Assembly: GCA_035221665.1 (NCBI GenBank) | Contig: CM069134.1 | Coordinates: forward strand, 112,716,001 to 112,780,000 | Reading direction: 5' to 3' | DNA from: Okamejei kenojei | Lineage: Eukaryota | Length of the DNA: 64,000 nucleotides | In this document: positions 39,042 to 51,920 of the stretch, piece after piece | Numbering within the stretch: the stretch's first letter is position 1 | How the letters are laid out: every line of letters starts with the position of its first letter | Position numbers and translations under genes: made by a program | Notes under the pieces: model-generated | What the model was told of the DNA's origin: nothing | The model's database searches: none | The model's input: only the letters and a program-made list of their open reading frames with translations

Positions 39042-39714
39042 AAGTCCTTAGGATTGATACAAATCCGAATTTCATCTTTATTCTTCTTCGTTGCCATGAC
39101 CATGGTGGAAACCCAATCCGAGGGGTCAGCGACGGGAGCAATCACACCTAGAGACACCATTCTGTTGAGTTCACTTTGTACATGGCCCCGCATAGCATGG
39201 GGAACCTTATGAGCTGGATGAACAACTGGAATTACCTCAGGGTCAATGGTAATTGTATACCTAACAGGCAACCTGCCCAGCTTGTCGTCAAACAAAATGT
39301 TGTATTGTGGCAGGATTTGTTGGCTAGTCACAGGCTGCAGGCAGATGACAAACCGAAGAGCTGAAAGAGACAAGTCCCATGTCTTGATGTGCGTTAGTAC
39401 CTAATAGAGATGGCACATCCTCACGAACAATATAGAAACTCAGATTGTGGACATGTGAGTTAAGACAACTTGACCGATAGGAAGCAGTGGATCTCCTGCA
39501 AATGGGAGAAGGGAGGCAGCCGTAGGAGTGACAGTCTTTGTTTTTCGTAACTTTTTAACACAGCTAGACCAATCACATTGCATCTTGCGCCAGTGTCCAC
39601 TTTCAGATAAAAGTTCTTGCCATTAACGAGCAAAGCGACATTGGGGTCTAGTTGTTTATGCATTAAATCAGACAAGGAAAGTACATCAAAGTCAAAACCT
39701 TCGCCAGCAGCCTA

Positions 39715-39800
39715 CATAGAAACATAGAAAATAGGTGCAGAAGGAGGCCATTCGGCCCTTCAGTCCAGCACTGCCATTCATTGTGATCATAGCTGATAAG
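39715..39800 (-). mobile_element. Short CR1 3' tail nested in the Gypsy element
   Basis: acatagaaacatagaaaataggtgcag...ggccattcggccc. Confidence 0.8.
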
Positions 39801-40550
39801 ACATACCGGCAACATTAATTTCACGACCAGCAGAGTGTCCTAAAACTTTTGTGTGAGTGTCAGCCATTTCAGCAATGCGACAGCAGTTTTCAGCATTCTC
39901 TAAAGTAACTCAGCATCTCGCAGTAACTCGTCGCGTAATTTATCATTGCGGACACCATAGACCAAATGGTCATGGACTAGGCAATGTGCTTCAATACACT
40001 GACATACTGAACTAGTGGGCGCAGCTACAAACTATGACATAACATGAGTGACACTGATCTACAACATAGTTGTGACTTTTGTAGCAATATTAAATATTTT
40101 GGATTGGGGTGCGGAATAGTGAATGCTAAATGTAAGTTTGATGAACATTGATAGAGATTGAAAGTGAGTGAAGTGGTTATGGTGCAGTGAGAAGTGTCAG
40201 TATTCCGTATAATTGGTGAAATCAGCCATTTGCTAGAGGGATTTGATAGCATTGACCAGGTTAACTTAGGTTATTCAATATATGTAATATTGTATCCTTA
40301 TCTTCAGGGCTTTGCCTCAGCTATTCACTGCCACTGTTGACAGAGTTAAAAATTGCGGTGATCACTTTGTACAATGTGCTGACAGCCTTGAATATCTCCC
40401 AGGAGATATTCACAATGTATATCTCACAATTTATATCTCACAATGAGTCCCATAATGCCTGTGAGCACTGACAGTGTAGCTTTCCTTCAATAGGTGCAGC
40501 TTTTGGTGATGCAGACTAGCCAATGTAGCACTAGGCATTAACAAAATATT

Positions 40551-40987
40551 AGGGAATAAGGTCTGAAGAAGGTTCTCGACCCGAAACATCGCCTATTCCT
40601 TTGGTCCATAGATGCTGCCTCACCCGTTGAGTTTCTCCCCCATTTTTGTCTCCCAGGGAATAAGGTAAGGTAAGGAACAGCGCAGATTGCACTGGCTATC
40701 AGCAGAAAACAAACAAATGTGCAAGCGGTCGGAAACTGTTCTACTGCCTCACATTGGGTTGCATGGGCACACGTTAATGTGTAGGAAGAAACTGCAGATG
40801 CTGGTTTAAACTGACGATAGACACAAAAAACTGCAGTAACTAAGCGGGACAAGCAGCATCTCTGGGGAGTAGGAATGGGTGGCATTTCTGATCGAGAACA
40901 AGGGTCTCGACCTGAAACGTCACCCATTCCTTCTCTCCAGAGAAGCTGCCTATCCTGCTGAGTTACTCCAGCATTTTGTGTCTATCT
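40551..40987. mobile_element. Cluster of three PLE hammerhead-motif tails: a + copy at 40551-40650 and an inverted pair at 40779-40987
   Basis: gtCTGAAGAaggttctcgacccGAAAcatcgcc; agggtctcgacctgaaacgtcacc. Confidence 0.8.
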
Positions 40988-42491
40988 ACAGTATGTTGCG
41001 CTTACTGCAGCTTTTTCATCATGGAGCCTTTGGTGTCCAGCTTTTAAAATGAGCCTCCAGGTTTCTAAATCTGACTGGGAAGTATTTAAATTATTTCATT
41101 TCAAGCAATTCATCCATATTTGTACAATGATACTCCCTTTTGATGATCATATTTTCCTTTCTCCACGCATATTTCCTGATGCTGCATACAGATCTTTCTC
41201 AAATAATCTAAATCTTTCAAATGGCTGTTTTTCTGCTATTGTTGACACGTCATACCTTTCTTCTGTACTGATCTAAATTGGTGTTGCACTGGCACTTTTC
41301 CATTTATCCTGCTCGACTGCAGCTCTATATTTGTATTACTTTGTCAAGTTGTTTTTCCCGCGGTACTCCATTCTTCCCTTTCCACTCCGTGATATTTTTT
41401 TTCCTTATTGTTAATTTTTACATTGACATGTTTTGATATAACCATAACACCTAATGTGTGTGTTTCTGTGGGAATTAACAGGCTGAGATCTATGGTATTG
41501 AGAAGGAAGGAGAATTTATGTTGTGTGATGGCAGCACATGAAGCCCTCCAAAACCGATGAGATCCACAGGATTTTGAAAGTGGAAGTGCAAAATAATGGC
41601 ATCCAGCTGTCAAGTGATATAGAGGCCTTGGTTGACTAAAATGTTACAAATTAGCTTTTATAGGAAAGCTTAATTGTCTCAGATACATTCTTGAATCAAA
41701 TCATTACAGACTCCACCCTATTAAGTTGCATCAGAGAAGTGGGAGATGCGAGCAAATCGAAGACAATGAGCTAGACTAGAGCCATAGCATTATCAGAATA
41801 TTATTAAAAATATCAAAAAGTATAGAGCAACAAGTTATCAACCGCTGAGGGAAAGCAAATGACGATATCATTGTAGGCATAGTAGTTTAATAAAAAACCC
41901 TTGCTCAGCAACAAGTATTTTATTCTGTCACTAAATTACTCCCAGACTGTTATTTGACACTGGAAAATATTGTTATGATAGTGTTAGATGTCACCAAAAG
42001 AGTTATTTTGAGGTTTCAGTGGATTTCCAATTTCCTTATCATGATTACGGCAGACCAGGTTAACACATGACAACAATATATAATTTCAAGATTGCATTTT
42101 AAAATCGTAACCTCTTTCAATTTGTTGAAATTTTCCTGTAATACAATGCAGCACGATTCTACACATAACTACAAGCAATATCGATGATTTAGGTTCTGTT
42201 CCACAATTTGTCGATTGTCGCAAGCATATACTAGGCAGCCAATTGTTATCTATTCTCATGTCTGAGTGAAGTGGAAAAAGACAAATTCAAGGCATTGATT
42301 AACTATAAGATAGGAAGTAAGTATTAAAACAATGCTTAAATTAAGATTCCCAATTCGCTACCTATTCGCCTGAAATGATTTGGAATGGGCAAAGTCTACT
42401 GATTGTGTAAAAATGCTGCTAAACCAATTTATTTTTAAGTAGAATAGATGCACTAATAATGTTATTTTCCTTTGATTCCTTTTTGAAACAG

Positions 42492-42591
42492 GTTGTAGGT
42501 GGAAAAATGACTGAATCTGGCAGATTATGCGCATTCATTACCAAGGTGAAGAAAGGGAGTTTAGCAGACACTGTAGGGCATCTTAGACCAG
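42492..42591 (+). CDS. RIMS2: RIMS2 PDZ exon (100 nt, phase 0->1): VVGGKMTESGRLCAFITKVKKGSLADTVGHLRP(G)
   Basis: aaacag|GTTGTA...CCAG|gtactt; lies within ORF 42459..42668. Confidence 0.96.
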
Positions 42592-43089
42592 GTACTTTCA
42601 ATCAAAAGAATGAGTTTATTTTATTGTCTCTCTTTTATTGTTGTCATCCATGCTACCTGGATTGTTGACTTTCTTAATTTCATAACCTAAACTCCTTCCA
42701 GTATTAATTTCAGAGGTGTGTCCCGATTCATATGAATTAAAATTAGATAATTGAATTGTGTGTGACAGTTACAGGAGGATAAATATTTGTGGCACAATAA
42801 ATGGCTTGCTATTATGTTTTTTTCAATTTCTGAGTTTTACTGACAGTCGTCTGAAAAATCCAAGTTTAAGTGTCCAAGCAAAATCTGTCAAAATAGGAAA
42901 CAATTGTTGTGTTTGTACCTATTTCACCTAAAGTAAATGGATTCCAGTGAAGGTGTTCATTTGGACCAAGTCTTCAAGCAGTGAATGAGTTAATCTATTG
43001 CATTGTAGGGAAATTGAAAAGTATCTGTGCTTGGAATTGTTTTAAATGTTGATACCTCTACCCACACTGCGTTATTGTGATGTATTTAG

Positions 43090-43213
43090 GTGATGAAGTT
43101 CTTGAGTGGAATGGAAGATCATTACAAGGAGCTACATTTGAGGAGGTGTATAACATCATTTTTGAATCCAAACCTGAGCCACAAGTAGAACTGCTGGTTT
43201 CCAGGCCTATTGG
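43090..43213 (+). CDS. RIMS2: RIMS2 PDZ exon (124 nt, phase 1->2): DEVLEWNGRSLQGATFEEVYNIIFESKPEPQVELLVSRPI(G)
   Basis: tatttag|GTGATGAA...ATTGG|gttagt. Confidence 0.96.
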
Positions 43214-43929
43214 GTTAGTAGATGTTATTTAATATAACACATAGTTCAAACTTATTACTACTTAATTACTAAATTACTACTTAAATACAAATATTTTGTG
43301 AATTTGTACATGCCAACAAATTGAAAGTATGTTCCCCTAAAATGTCAAAAATGGCAGTAGTCATTGATTGAATTAATTAAGCAAAGTTAAAATAAGGAAG
43401 AGAACAGAGTTTGGACCTCGGCTGCAAAAATGAAATATAGACTGCCTTCACTGAATTATTATTTAATAACAACATTTATTTTGGTCTACATGAGTCTAGT
43501 TTCTCTTTGCCAGTCTTTTCTTGATTGTGTCTAACAATTGGACATCAATGAAATTATGATGATCTGGCTCATGATTTGCTGAATTATCCTGAAAATCTTG
43601 TGCAAGGTCAGAACTGGCTCAAGGAGAGCATTTCCTTTTATTTGAATAGACTAGAATGGTCGTGGGGGGTCCAAAGTAATTATTTTATAATTGTTATTAA
43701 CTTTAAATTATTTTCAGTTTATTTTTATTCATTTTGTGGATGGCACGAATTATTGATTAAAGCCAGGAATTATTGATCTTCCCATCGCCCAAATGCCCCT
43801 AAGTTGGTGCTGGCAAGCCACCCTATTGAACTGTTGCCATCTTCCTTGTACATACGTGGCTGAGTTTAGTTAAATATTTTTTTACCAGTTTTTAAGTCTG
43901 TTATGTTTTGTTTTATATTTTTGTTTTAT

Positions 43930-44095
43930 TTATATTCTTTCAAGAGAGAGCTAGATAGGGCTCTTAAAGATAGCGGGTCAGGAGATATGGGGAGAAGGCA
44001 GGAATGGATAAGTGATTGTGGATGATCAGCCATGATCACATTGAATGGTGGTGCTGGCTCGAAAGGCTGAATGGTCTACTCCTGCACCTATTGTC
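43930..44095 (+). mobile_element. CR1 3' tail
   Basis: Reverse complement of 6780-6930. Confidence 0.85.
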
Positions 44096-44399
44096 TTTTT
44101 TCTGTTGTCTTTTTTAAAAATAAAATATTAACACAAGATTATATAATTTTGATAGCTTTTGTATGATTCTGAAAGACAGATATATATTGAAGCATTCAAT
44201 TATTTGTATAGCTTCGAGAACCAAATAAGCAAGAGATATACTTTGGCCAGTTATCAAAGTACCCTTCAGTAATTCCATGGGCAGGTCTTGTTTTACCCTG
44301 TTCAGTTGATTACGCTTAGATACACTGAGCTTTGCAAGCCCACACATACCCACAGCCATCTTAATTATACTTCCTCTCATCCAGTCTCCTGAGGAGTAT

Positions 44400-45280
44400 C
44401 CTTCCCAATCTTCCAATTTCTCAATTCCCTTTACAGATGCTGCGATCTCGTGCTTCGGAAATATCATTTTTTTTTGTTTAACCATGGCCTTCCTCCACCA
44501 CAGTTGTGGATCTCAGCTGCGGTTTTTCTATTTCTAAGATGTCTTTTCACATCACCTCTGCTCCAGGCCAGGACATGGATAGATTTATTTGTCCTCACTT
44601 ATCACATACCATACATCACTCCACAATCAATGGACCATTCTTCAAAATTTCAATGATTTTCAACAAGATTTAGATACATCTTCCTCTCCATAATCCATCC
44701 AGCATTTTGACGGGACCCTTCTGTTCAGGACTCTCTGGTCTGCTCTTCCATCCCCACTAATCACTCTTGTTGTCTCCACTCAACTGCAGGAGAAGCAATA
44801 TCTGTCCTTACCCTTTTCTCCCATTCAGGACCCAACACAATCCTTTCAAATTAAGTAGTAATTCACTTGCTCTACTTCCAGTCTAGATAAATTACATTTG
44901 ATGTTCACAATATGGTGTCTCCTACATTGGAGAAACCATTTTCAGATTGCTTTTCTGCCTTGCATAGCACAATGTTCAGTTCACAGGAGCAACCCACAGC
45001 TTTCAGTTGCCTGTCACATTAATTCTCTATCCTATCCCAACTCTGACCTACCAATATCAAGCTATCTGCACAGTTCCAAGTAAGTGTGAGGAACAGCACC
45101 TCATTTTCTAAACTGGTATTTTGCAGCCTTTGGAACAACCTCCAATTCTTCAATTTTAGAGGTACTTGCTTTTTCTGCTTGTATCAGAACTAGTCAATTC
45201 TTCTGCAGGTTATACATCTGTGATATCAGATTTTCTTTCTGCACAGACGCTGCCTGGTCTGCAGGGCATTTCTCCATTCT
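44400..45280 (+). mobile_element. Old Penelope-like element with GIY-YIG remnant
   Basis: ttcacttgc...tacattggagaaacc (FTC...YIGET) and gaggaacagcacctcatttt (EEQHLIF) as in the 11070 copy. Confidence 0.7.
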
Positions 45281-47514
45281 AATTTGGGTTTCATGTCTCA
45301 GCCACAGCTCTGATCTACATTTCACAGATTTTTTTTTTAGTCTTCTATCTTTCTAATTGCCTTCATCAATCTGCAACCCTTTGACGTCATGAACAGCCAA
45401 ATCATCTTGACAACCCTTGACTCAACTAATGAGAGATATTTCATATATCCTACCCATTCCGTCCCCACCCTCTCTGCAACAAACTAACTTAATCTTTCAC
45501 TTTTCTAGTTATTTGACCTAAAACATTACAACCTTTTTCTATTTCCCCATATGCTGCCTTAGCATTTTCTGTTTATATCTCTTCCTCGAGGAAACAGACT
45601 CTTTGAATATTTTTAAGGTGGAATGATATAGAGATGCAAGAGTCTGCAGATGCTGGAATCCAGAGCAACAAACAATCTGTTGGAGGAACTCAACAGACCA
45701 AGAAGCATCTGAGGAGGGAAATAGACAGATGACATTTCAGGTTGGTGCCCTTCATCTGGAGGGTTCTGGCCTGGAATGATTATTTGTCTGTAGATAGATT
45801 CTTGATAAGCAATGGGCTGGAGGATTACCAGAGGTAGGCAGGAATACAGCGGGAAGGTCACAATCAGTTCAGCTGTAATGTTATTCAGTGGTAGAGCAGG
45901 TTCTAAGACCCCAGGTAGCCTACAATTTACGGCTCTTGTTTTTTTTTGGTGGAACAGTACCAATATGGTGAGGTTGGTATTCATAGTGAAACAGTATTTT
46001 GGCAGATGTTGCCTAAAGTCTTTTTGTTTAATCAACATTTTGGCTACAGTTGCTGGATTGTCACAATTTCAAGAGAATAAATATTCTAAAACAATTTGAC
46101 TGGTTTCTGGACTCAATGCAATAAGAATTTAGTGAAATACCATCTTACTATTATGTGACAATGAATTAGGACCTCCTATGCCCTTCCATTAGTAGATCTG
46201 AGATGCTTTCACACTGATGCATCTCATAAATATCAAATACAAAGTGACACTTTTATGTTGCGAAGTGTGATTGACAGTTTCCACATTTCGTACATGGAAC
46301 TGTGTAATGGACAATATCTGCACTGCTGTTTAACAGCGTTTTCTGCTGGTTGGAAGATTTATTTATAAAATGTATTCCTTGGCTGGAGGCAGTATCAACA
46401 AAACATAGCCTGATGGCTTCCCTGTTCTCCTTGGATTGCTTTTGTCATTGTGGTGATGGTGCTCCCACTATTTGTGGTTGTTAGTGATGGTTGGTGAGAT
46501 AGTAGGCCGTATTGTGCTGATGTTGGGTAGGTTATTCTGTGGCTTTGCATCTGACCTCCCATTTTACTGCTGGACTCAACACCAAGTCAGGGAGTGGTTT
46601 TGGATTAACTTGATCTGAGGGGCTAGAAACACTTTGTATCTGGTATACTTAAAAAATAAAGATATTTCAGAACACTTTCATCTATAAATATGAATAAGGC
46701 CGAAGACAGCATGAGTAGTCTGAAGCCATCAGGGTACTCTAGCATCCATTATCTGAGATCGTTTTGGTGTACTCATTGATCTCTGCTGAATTGTCTCTGA
46801 CATGGTTATTGGAAATAATATACAAAGCATGAAAAAATAACATTTAAGGAACACATGTTATATTTGAAGTACACAATTTTGAAAACATGCAAAATTATCA
46901 TCTTCTGGAACATACCTCAGAATGGATATAATGACCTTGGAGGAAATGAATGGTTCATATAATTTCGAAAGCTAAACTATGAAATGTTTGAAGTTGTCAA
47001 AATATAATGAAAACTAATAGAGAAGCCAGAGATAAATCATTTTCACTGGTTGGGGAGTAAGGCCCAGTGGGTATTGTCTAAAAACACCTATTGGGCCTTC
47101 AGTTGGGATGTTGAGAAACATTTATTCTGGTTAATGCTCCATGAATGGTTAATTTTAAATATAAGATTGACTGATAGATTTTTAATAACCAAAGGTTATA
47201 AGGGATATGGGTAAATGTGGTTCACATGGAGTGAGGTCACAGATCAATCATGACATTATTAAATAGTGGGTGAGGATTGTTTGGTTCGATAGTTGCTATC
47301 TTGTTCCAATATTCCATTAATTAACAGATGCAAAGTCAGTGCACATCAAGGTTTTTGCTGGATACGTACAATTTTGTGAATTATTGAGTGTGAGTTATAA
47401 CATAACTTAGTCAACACTATTTTACTCTTAAAAGGTTGGAGTTTGCAAATATACTCCATAGCACTGCAAACATAATTGGTAAATGTTTGTTTTATGTTTC
47501 TTTCTTACTTGAAG

Positions 47515-47561
47515 GGATATTCCCCGGATACCAGACAGCACACATGGACAGCTTGAATCAA
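47515..47561 (+). CDS. RIMS2: RIMS2 linker exon (47 nt, phase 2->1): DIPRIPDSTHGQLES
   Basis: cttgaag|GGATATT...TCAA|gtaggt. Confidence 0.93.
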
Positions 47562-48779
47562 GTAGGTCTAGCTTTTATTTCTCTCTGTTACATTTACTTA
47601 TTTTAGCAAATTAATAACTTTGTACAACCCAGAGCAGTTCAGGGGCCGTCTCAGCCCAGGTTCACAAAATCAAATTCACTATTAGTGTGGCCTAGTGTGT
47701 GAGGCCCTTGCATACTCACATTCAGTGACATTTGAAATAAAGTTACAATTTAAAAAAATATTTTATAATATTAAAAAGATCAGAAAACAAAGTCACACAC
47801 TAAAATGTAATGTACATTTTGAAATAACCAAGAATGAAAAACTACCTTTTTTTCCTAGAAACAGAAATCTGACATTTATTTTAATGGGCCTAATTGCGCA
47901 TGACAAGGTTTAATATGGCTTTGACTGAGCAGCAGACTTCCCAGTCCTAGTGCTGGGAAGCTGGTAATTGAGGTTGCTCTGTTGGACTCCATAAGGAGTC
48001 CAGCTGTATAATACTAAACAAGTATTATAGGGCCACTGTTCGGTTGGGCCAGATCAACACCCAAAACAGAAACAGCCATGGATAGACACAGATAACTCCA
48101 AGTGCAAGTATTATTGTCAGAGTTATAAATCTGTCCTATTGCTTTTGGATTATTGTAAAAACAGTTACAGGATTTATTCAACAAACTATATAAATAAATT
48201 TGGGCTGATTGTAGCCTGTTTTTAGAAAATGCATGGCCTTCAAAATCACCAAATTAACAATGAATGAGCATTCACAATATTATGACCGAAAGGGTATGCT
48301 GTCCTATTGGGAAAGAACAGACAGAAGGCATTATTTATCACCCTGAAATGGACACTAGTCCTTCTGTATGTTGCAAATATCTAGCAGCAGCTTCTGGATT
48401 TGGTAAAAAAATTAGCTTGATTGGTTGTGCTGGTTACCTCTGGAAAACCAACTCTAATCCCGATTTAACTGTTTGTCACTATAGCTGTGAGCTATGAGAT
48501 TCCTGACCATTGATCTCCCTCTGATCAGGCACCCTGATCACTTTCACCTCACCGACTCCTCAAATCCGTTCCCATTCCCTCTGTGACCTATAATCTGCAA
48601 GGTGTCTCTTCATCTCAAGATCATTTGCATGCCCCCAGCAGCACTCATGAAGTTCGTAAGGTTCCTAACCTGCAACCATCTTCCTAGATCCCAATGACAA
48701 CCTTCAAGGCCAAAATAGGCCTACAAATCACAATGATCCACTAATGCCACTAACCTCACTAATACTACTATCTCACTCT

Positions 48780-49130
48780 TACAGTCATAGAGCATGGAAA
48801 CAAGTCCTTTGATGCATGGAGTCCATGCTGCCCATCACATATCCATTCACACTAATCCCACAGCTTTTTCCCCACATTCTCATTAGCTGCCCTTGGATTT
48901 CAACTCACAACTCGCATATACCCAGGGGCTCTTACAGTGTCCAATCAAACAGCCAACCTTCATATTTTTGAGATGAGCAAGGAAACCAGAGCACCTGCAG
49001 GAAACCCACACAGTCACTGAAAGAACATGCAAACTCCTCGTAGACAGTACCAGAGGTCAGGATTGAACCCAGATCATCGGAGCTGTGAAGCAATTGCACT
49101 ACCAATTGCACCTCCATGCTGCCTTACAGT
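48780..49130 (-). mobile_element. HE1-like SINE
   Basis: Colinear with 23170-23465. Confidence 0.72.
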
Positions 49131-50234
49131 TGTACGCCCAAGCTTTCTTGTCCTGCACAAGTGATCTGCTGAGCGTAGCCTGGACCTGAGCACTTAATTG
49201 TGTATTACGAGAAAGTGCTTGACACAAAATCATTCTTGACACTTGGAGTTGTAACGCTATGCAGGGGTGAATGCAATCTTAATTGCTGCAATAAGAAATA
49301 TTGCTTACTTTTTCGTTAGAGTAATATGATCATTACAAAATGCATGCAAAAGAAAATATCTTTCAAAAATAACAGATAGTTAATTTAAATACAGAAAGTG
49401 TACATACACACATTGAAGAAGCAGTCTAATAACTGTATTTTTAATGTGCAGATCGAAAACGCATAAATATGAAAATATTAATAATCTACATTCCAGCATC
49501 CCCCAGTGGTTCTGCAGCAAAGTGATTTTTACCAAAATGTCAATAAATTAAAAAAAAATCTTCCAGCTGACCTGAATTAAACTATCCCCTTGCTTTTTTT
49601 CAATGACCTTTCTCAGATACAAATGGACGTGAGACAGCTACAAACCAGACAGAATTTATTACAAAATAAAACAATGTGTTTTAACGATGTATAATTTCCC
49701 AACAATAAAATTAATTTCTGTGAATCATCTACAGAAGAATGCTATTGTTGTGAATGCAAAACCTGAACAGTTTTGCCTTTGCCCCAAAAGGCTTTAAAAA
49801 AAACAACTTTAAAAGACAAGAAATATTTGTCAAACTGTTGGATTCAATCATGCTGAACATTTCAGTGCATTCTCAGCATGCACTTTGTAACATGGAAACA
49901 TATGCTGGAGGTTCGATATAGAGGAAGTTTGACCCCTCACTCTGCCCCTGGATTCATCTATGAGTCCAGCAGTGATTTTGTTACTGAATTGAAAAGCTGC
50001 AAGCACTTGTATCTGGTCCTTTACCTTCGTACCAACATCCAGCATGATATTGAATGTGATCGTTGGCCATCATTAAAAGGACATTCAGTTTATTTTTCTT
50101 TATTTCATTGAATATTCATGTTTTAATTAATTAAAAGTAGTTAAATGTGTTTTAAAGTTAATTTTTTCAGTAATCATTTTTGTCATTATTTAACTCAATC
50201 TTAACTGTATTCCAACGTATGACTATGAGAGATA

Positions 50235-51410
50235 GTTTAGTTTAGTTTATTATCACTTTAGTTTATTATCACTTATACCGAAGTGTAGTGAAAAGTTTTT
50301 GCTGCCTGCTAACCAGTCAGCAGAAAGACTGTACATGATTACAATCAAGCCGTCTACCGATACATGATAAAGGGAGCAATGTTTAATGCAAGGTAAAGTC
50401 CGATTAAAGATAGTCCGAGGGTCTCCAATGAGGTAGATAGTAGCTCAGACCACTGTCTAGATGTTGATAAGATGGTTTACTTGCCTGATAACAGCTGGGT
50501 AGAAACTGTCCCTGAATCTGGAGTTTTCACACTTCTGCACCTCTTGCCTGATGGAAGAGAGGAGAAGGGAGAGTGACCAGGGTGAGACTTGTCCTTGATT
50601 ATGCTGGTGGCCTTGCCGAGGCAGCGTGAAATATAGATTGGGTCAATGGATTGGAGGTTGGTTTGGGATGTGTCCGCAATTTTCTGCAATTTAATGTGGT
50701 CTTGGATGGAATTGTTCCCAAATCATGATGATATAATGTTTTCTATGGCACATCTGTAGAGGTTGTTGAGAGTAGTTGGGAACATGCTGAACTTCCTACG
50801 CCTTTCAAAGAAGTGAAGAAGTCGTTGTGCTTTCCTGGCCTTTTCTTCGATAAGGCTAGTCCAAGCCAAGTTTCTGATGACATTTACTTGTAGGAACTTG
50901 AAGCTTTCAACCATCTCTACTTCAGCGCAGTCAATGTATGTGTCCTGCTTCGCTTTCAGAAGTCAATCACTATATCCTTTGCCTTGCTGACATTGAGAGA
51001 AAGGTTGTTGTCTTGACACCAGATTGTTGTCTTGACATCAATCTCCTTCCTGTACTCTGTCCTGTCATTATTTGATATCTGCCCCACTATGGTAATGTCA
51101 TCCCCAAATTAGTAAACCAGGGTCGATTTGTACTTGGCTGCACAGCCGTGGGGGCATAAGGAGTAAAGAAGGCAGCTGAGAACGTATCCTTACAGAGCAC
51201 CAGTGTTGAGGATTATAATAGAGGATGATTTGTCCCCTATCCTCACTGATTGTGGTCTGTTTGATCAGGAAGTCGAGGATCCAGTTTCAGAGATGAGTGC
51301 TGACTCCAAGTTCCACAAGTTTGATGATGAGCTTGGATGGGATAATGGTATTAAAAGCAAAGCTGCGGTGTATGAATAGAAGTCTGACATAGGTGTCTCT
51401 CTTATTCAGA
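50235..51410 (-). mobile_element. Rex1/Babar-type LINE fragment
   Basis: ORFs 50477..50689, 50723..50914 (VESFKFL) and 51287..51469 (TYVRLLFI...[10 protein letters not shown]); (tttag)n tail. Confidence 0.88.
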
Positions 51411-51807
51411 TACCTAAAAAGAACAGTGCATGAAGATCTGACACCACAAAACCTCTGGGTTCTGGGCATGCGTAGCTGCAGATCGTTAGTGTGGCCACTA
51501 GACTAACACGTGGATTGTGGAAAGGCAAGCATGGTGATGGGTCAGATAGTGTTAGAGCTTCCCTACTGTTTACATGCAGTGACAGATTTCACTGTGAAAT
51601 GGACCAGCAATATGCTCTGTCAGCAAATTGACACCTCAGTTTGACTGGTTTCAGGGCCATGTTGGTTTTACTGATTTCCATAACATACATGATTTGATTA
51701 ACATTTCATATGGATTTATTATAGCTGTTCAGATAATTATTAATTCATGAGCAATACATTTGCAAAATTCAATTTCTGAAATTAACAATAACAATTTATA
51801 TAAACAG

Positions 51808-51920
51808 GTTCTAGCTCCTTTGAGTCCCAGAAGATGGAGCGCCCTTCTATTTCTGTCACTTCCCCCATGAGCCCAAGCATGTTGCGAGATGCTCCACAAT
51901 TCCTGCCTGGACAGCTTTCA
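51808..51920 (+). CDS. RIMS2: RIMS2 linker exon (113 nt, phase 1->0): (S)SSSFESQKMERPSISVTSPMSPSMLRDAPQFLPGQLS
   Basis: taaacag|GTTCTAGC...CTTTCA|gtatgt. Confidence 0.95.

Larger units (their letters stand above)
35850..39975 (-). mobile_element. Decayed Ty3/Gypsy internal region (gag remnant, PR, RT, RH, IN); no LTRs recognisable
   Basis: Protease LKVDTGA (39460..39675); RT ICINPKDL, VLDANCSFWQI, FLRMPFGI, VVDDILV; RNase H TCDASQHGLGA, YAQIEKELLAVVFA, ETDHQPL; integrase H-GH...CxxC, LVLVDSYS, SSPEYPQLNGLAE; multiple frameshifts. Confidence 0.93.

Noticed and set aside
35850-39975. Domesticated or active Gypsy gene
   Set aside because: Multiple frameshifts and stops, two nested insertions, no LTRs
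47640-48080. Possible old hAT-like MITE (caggggccgtctc ... gaaacagccatg)
   Set aside because: TIR match too degenerate and no TSD found
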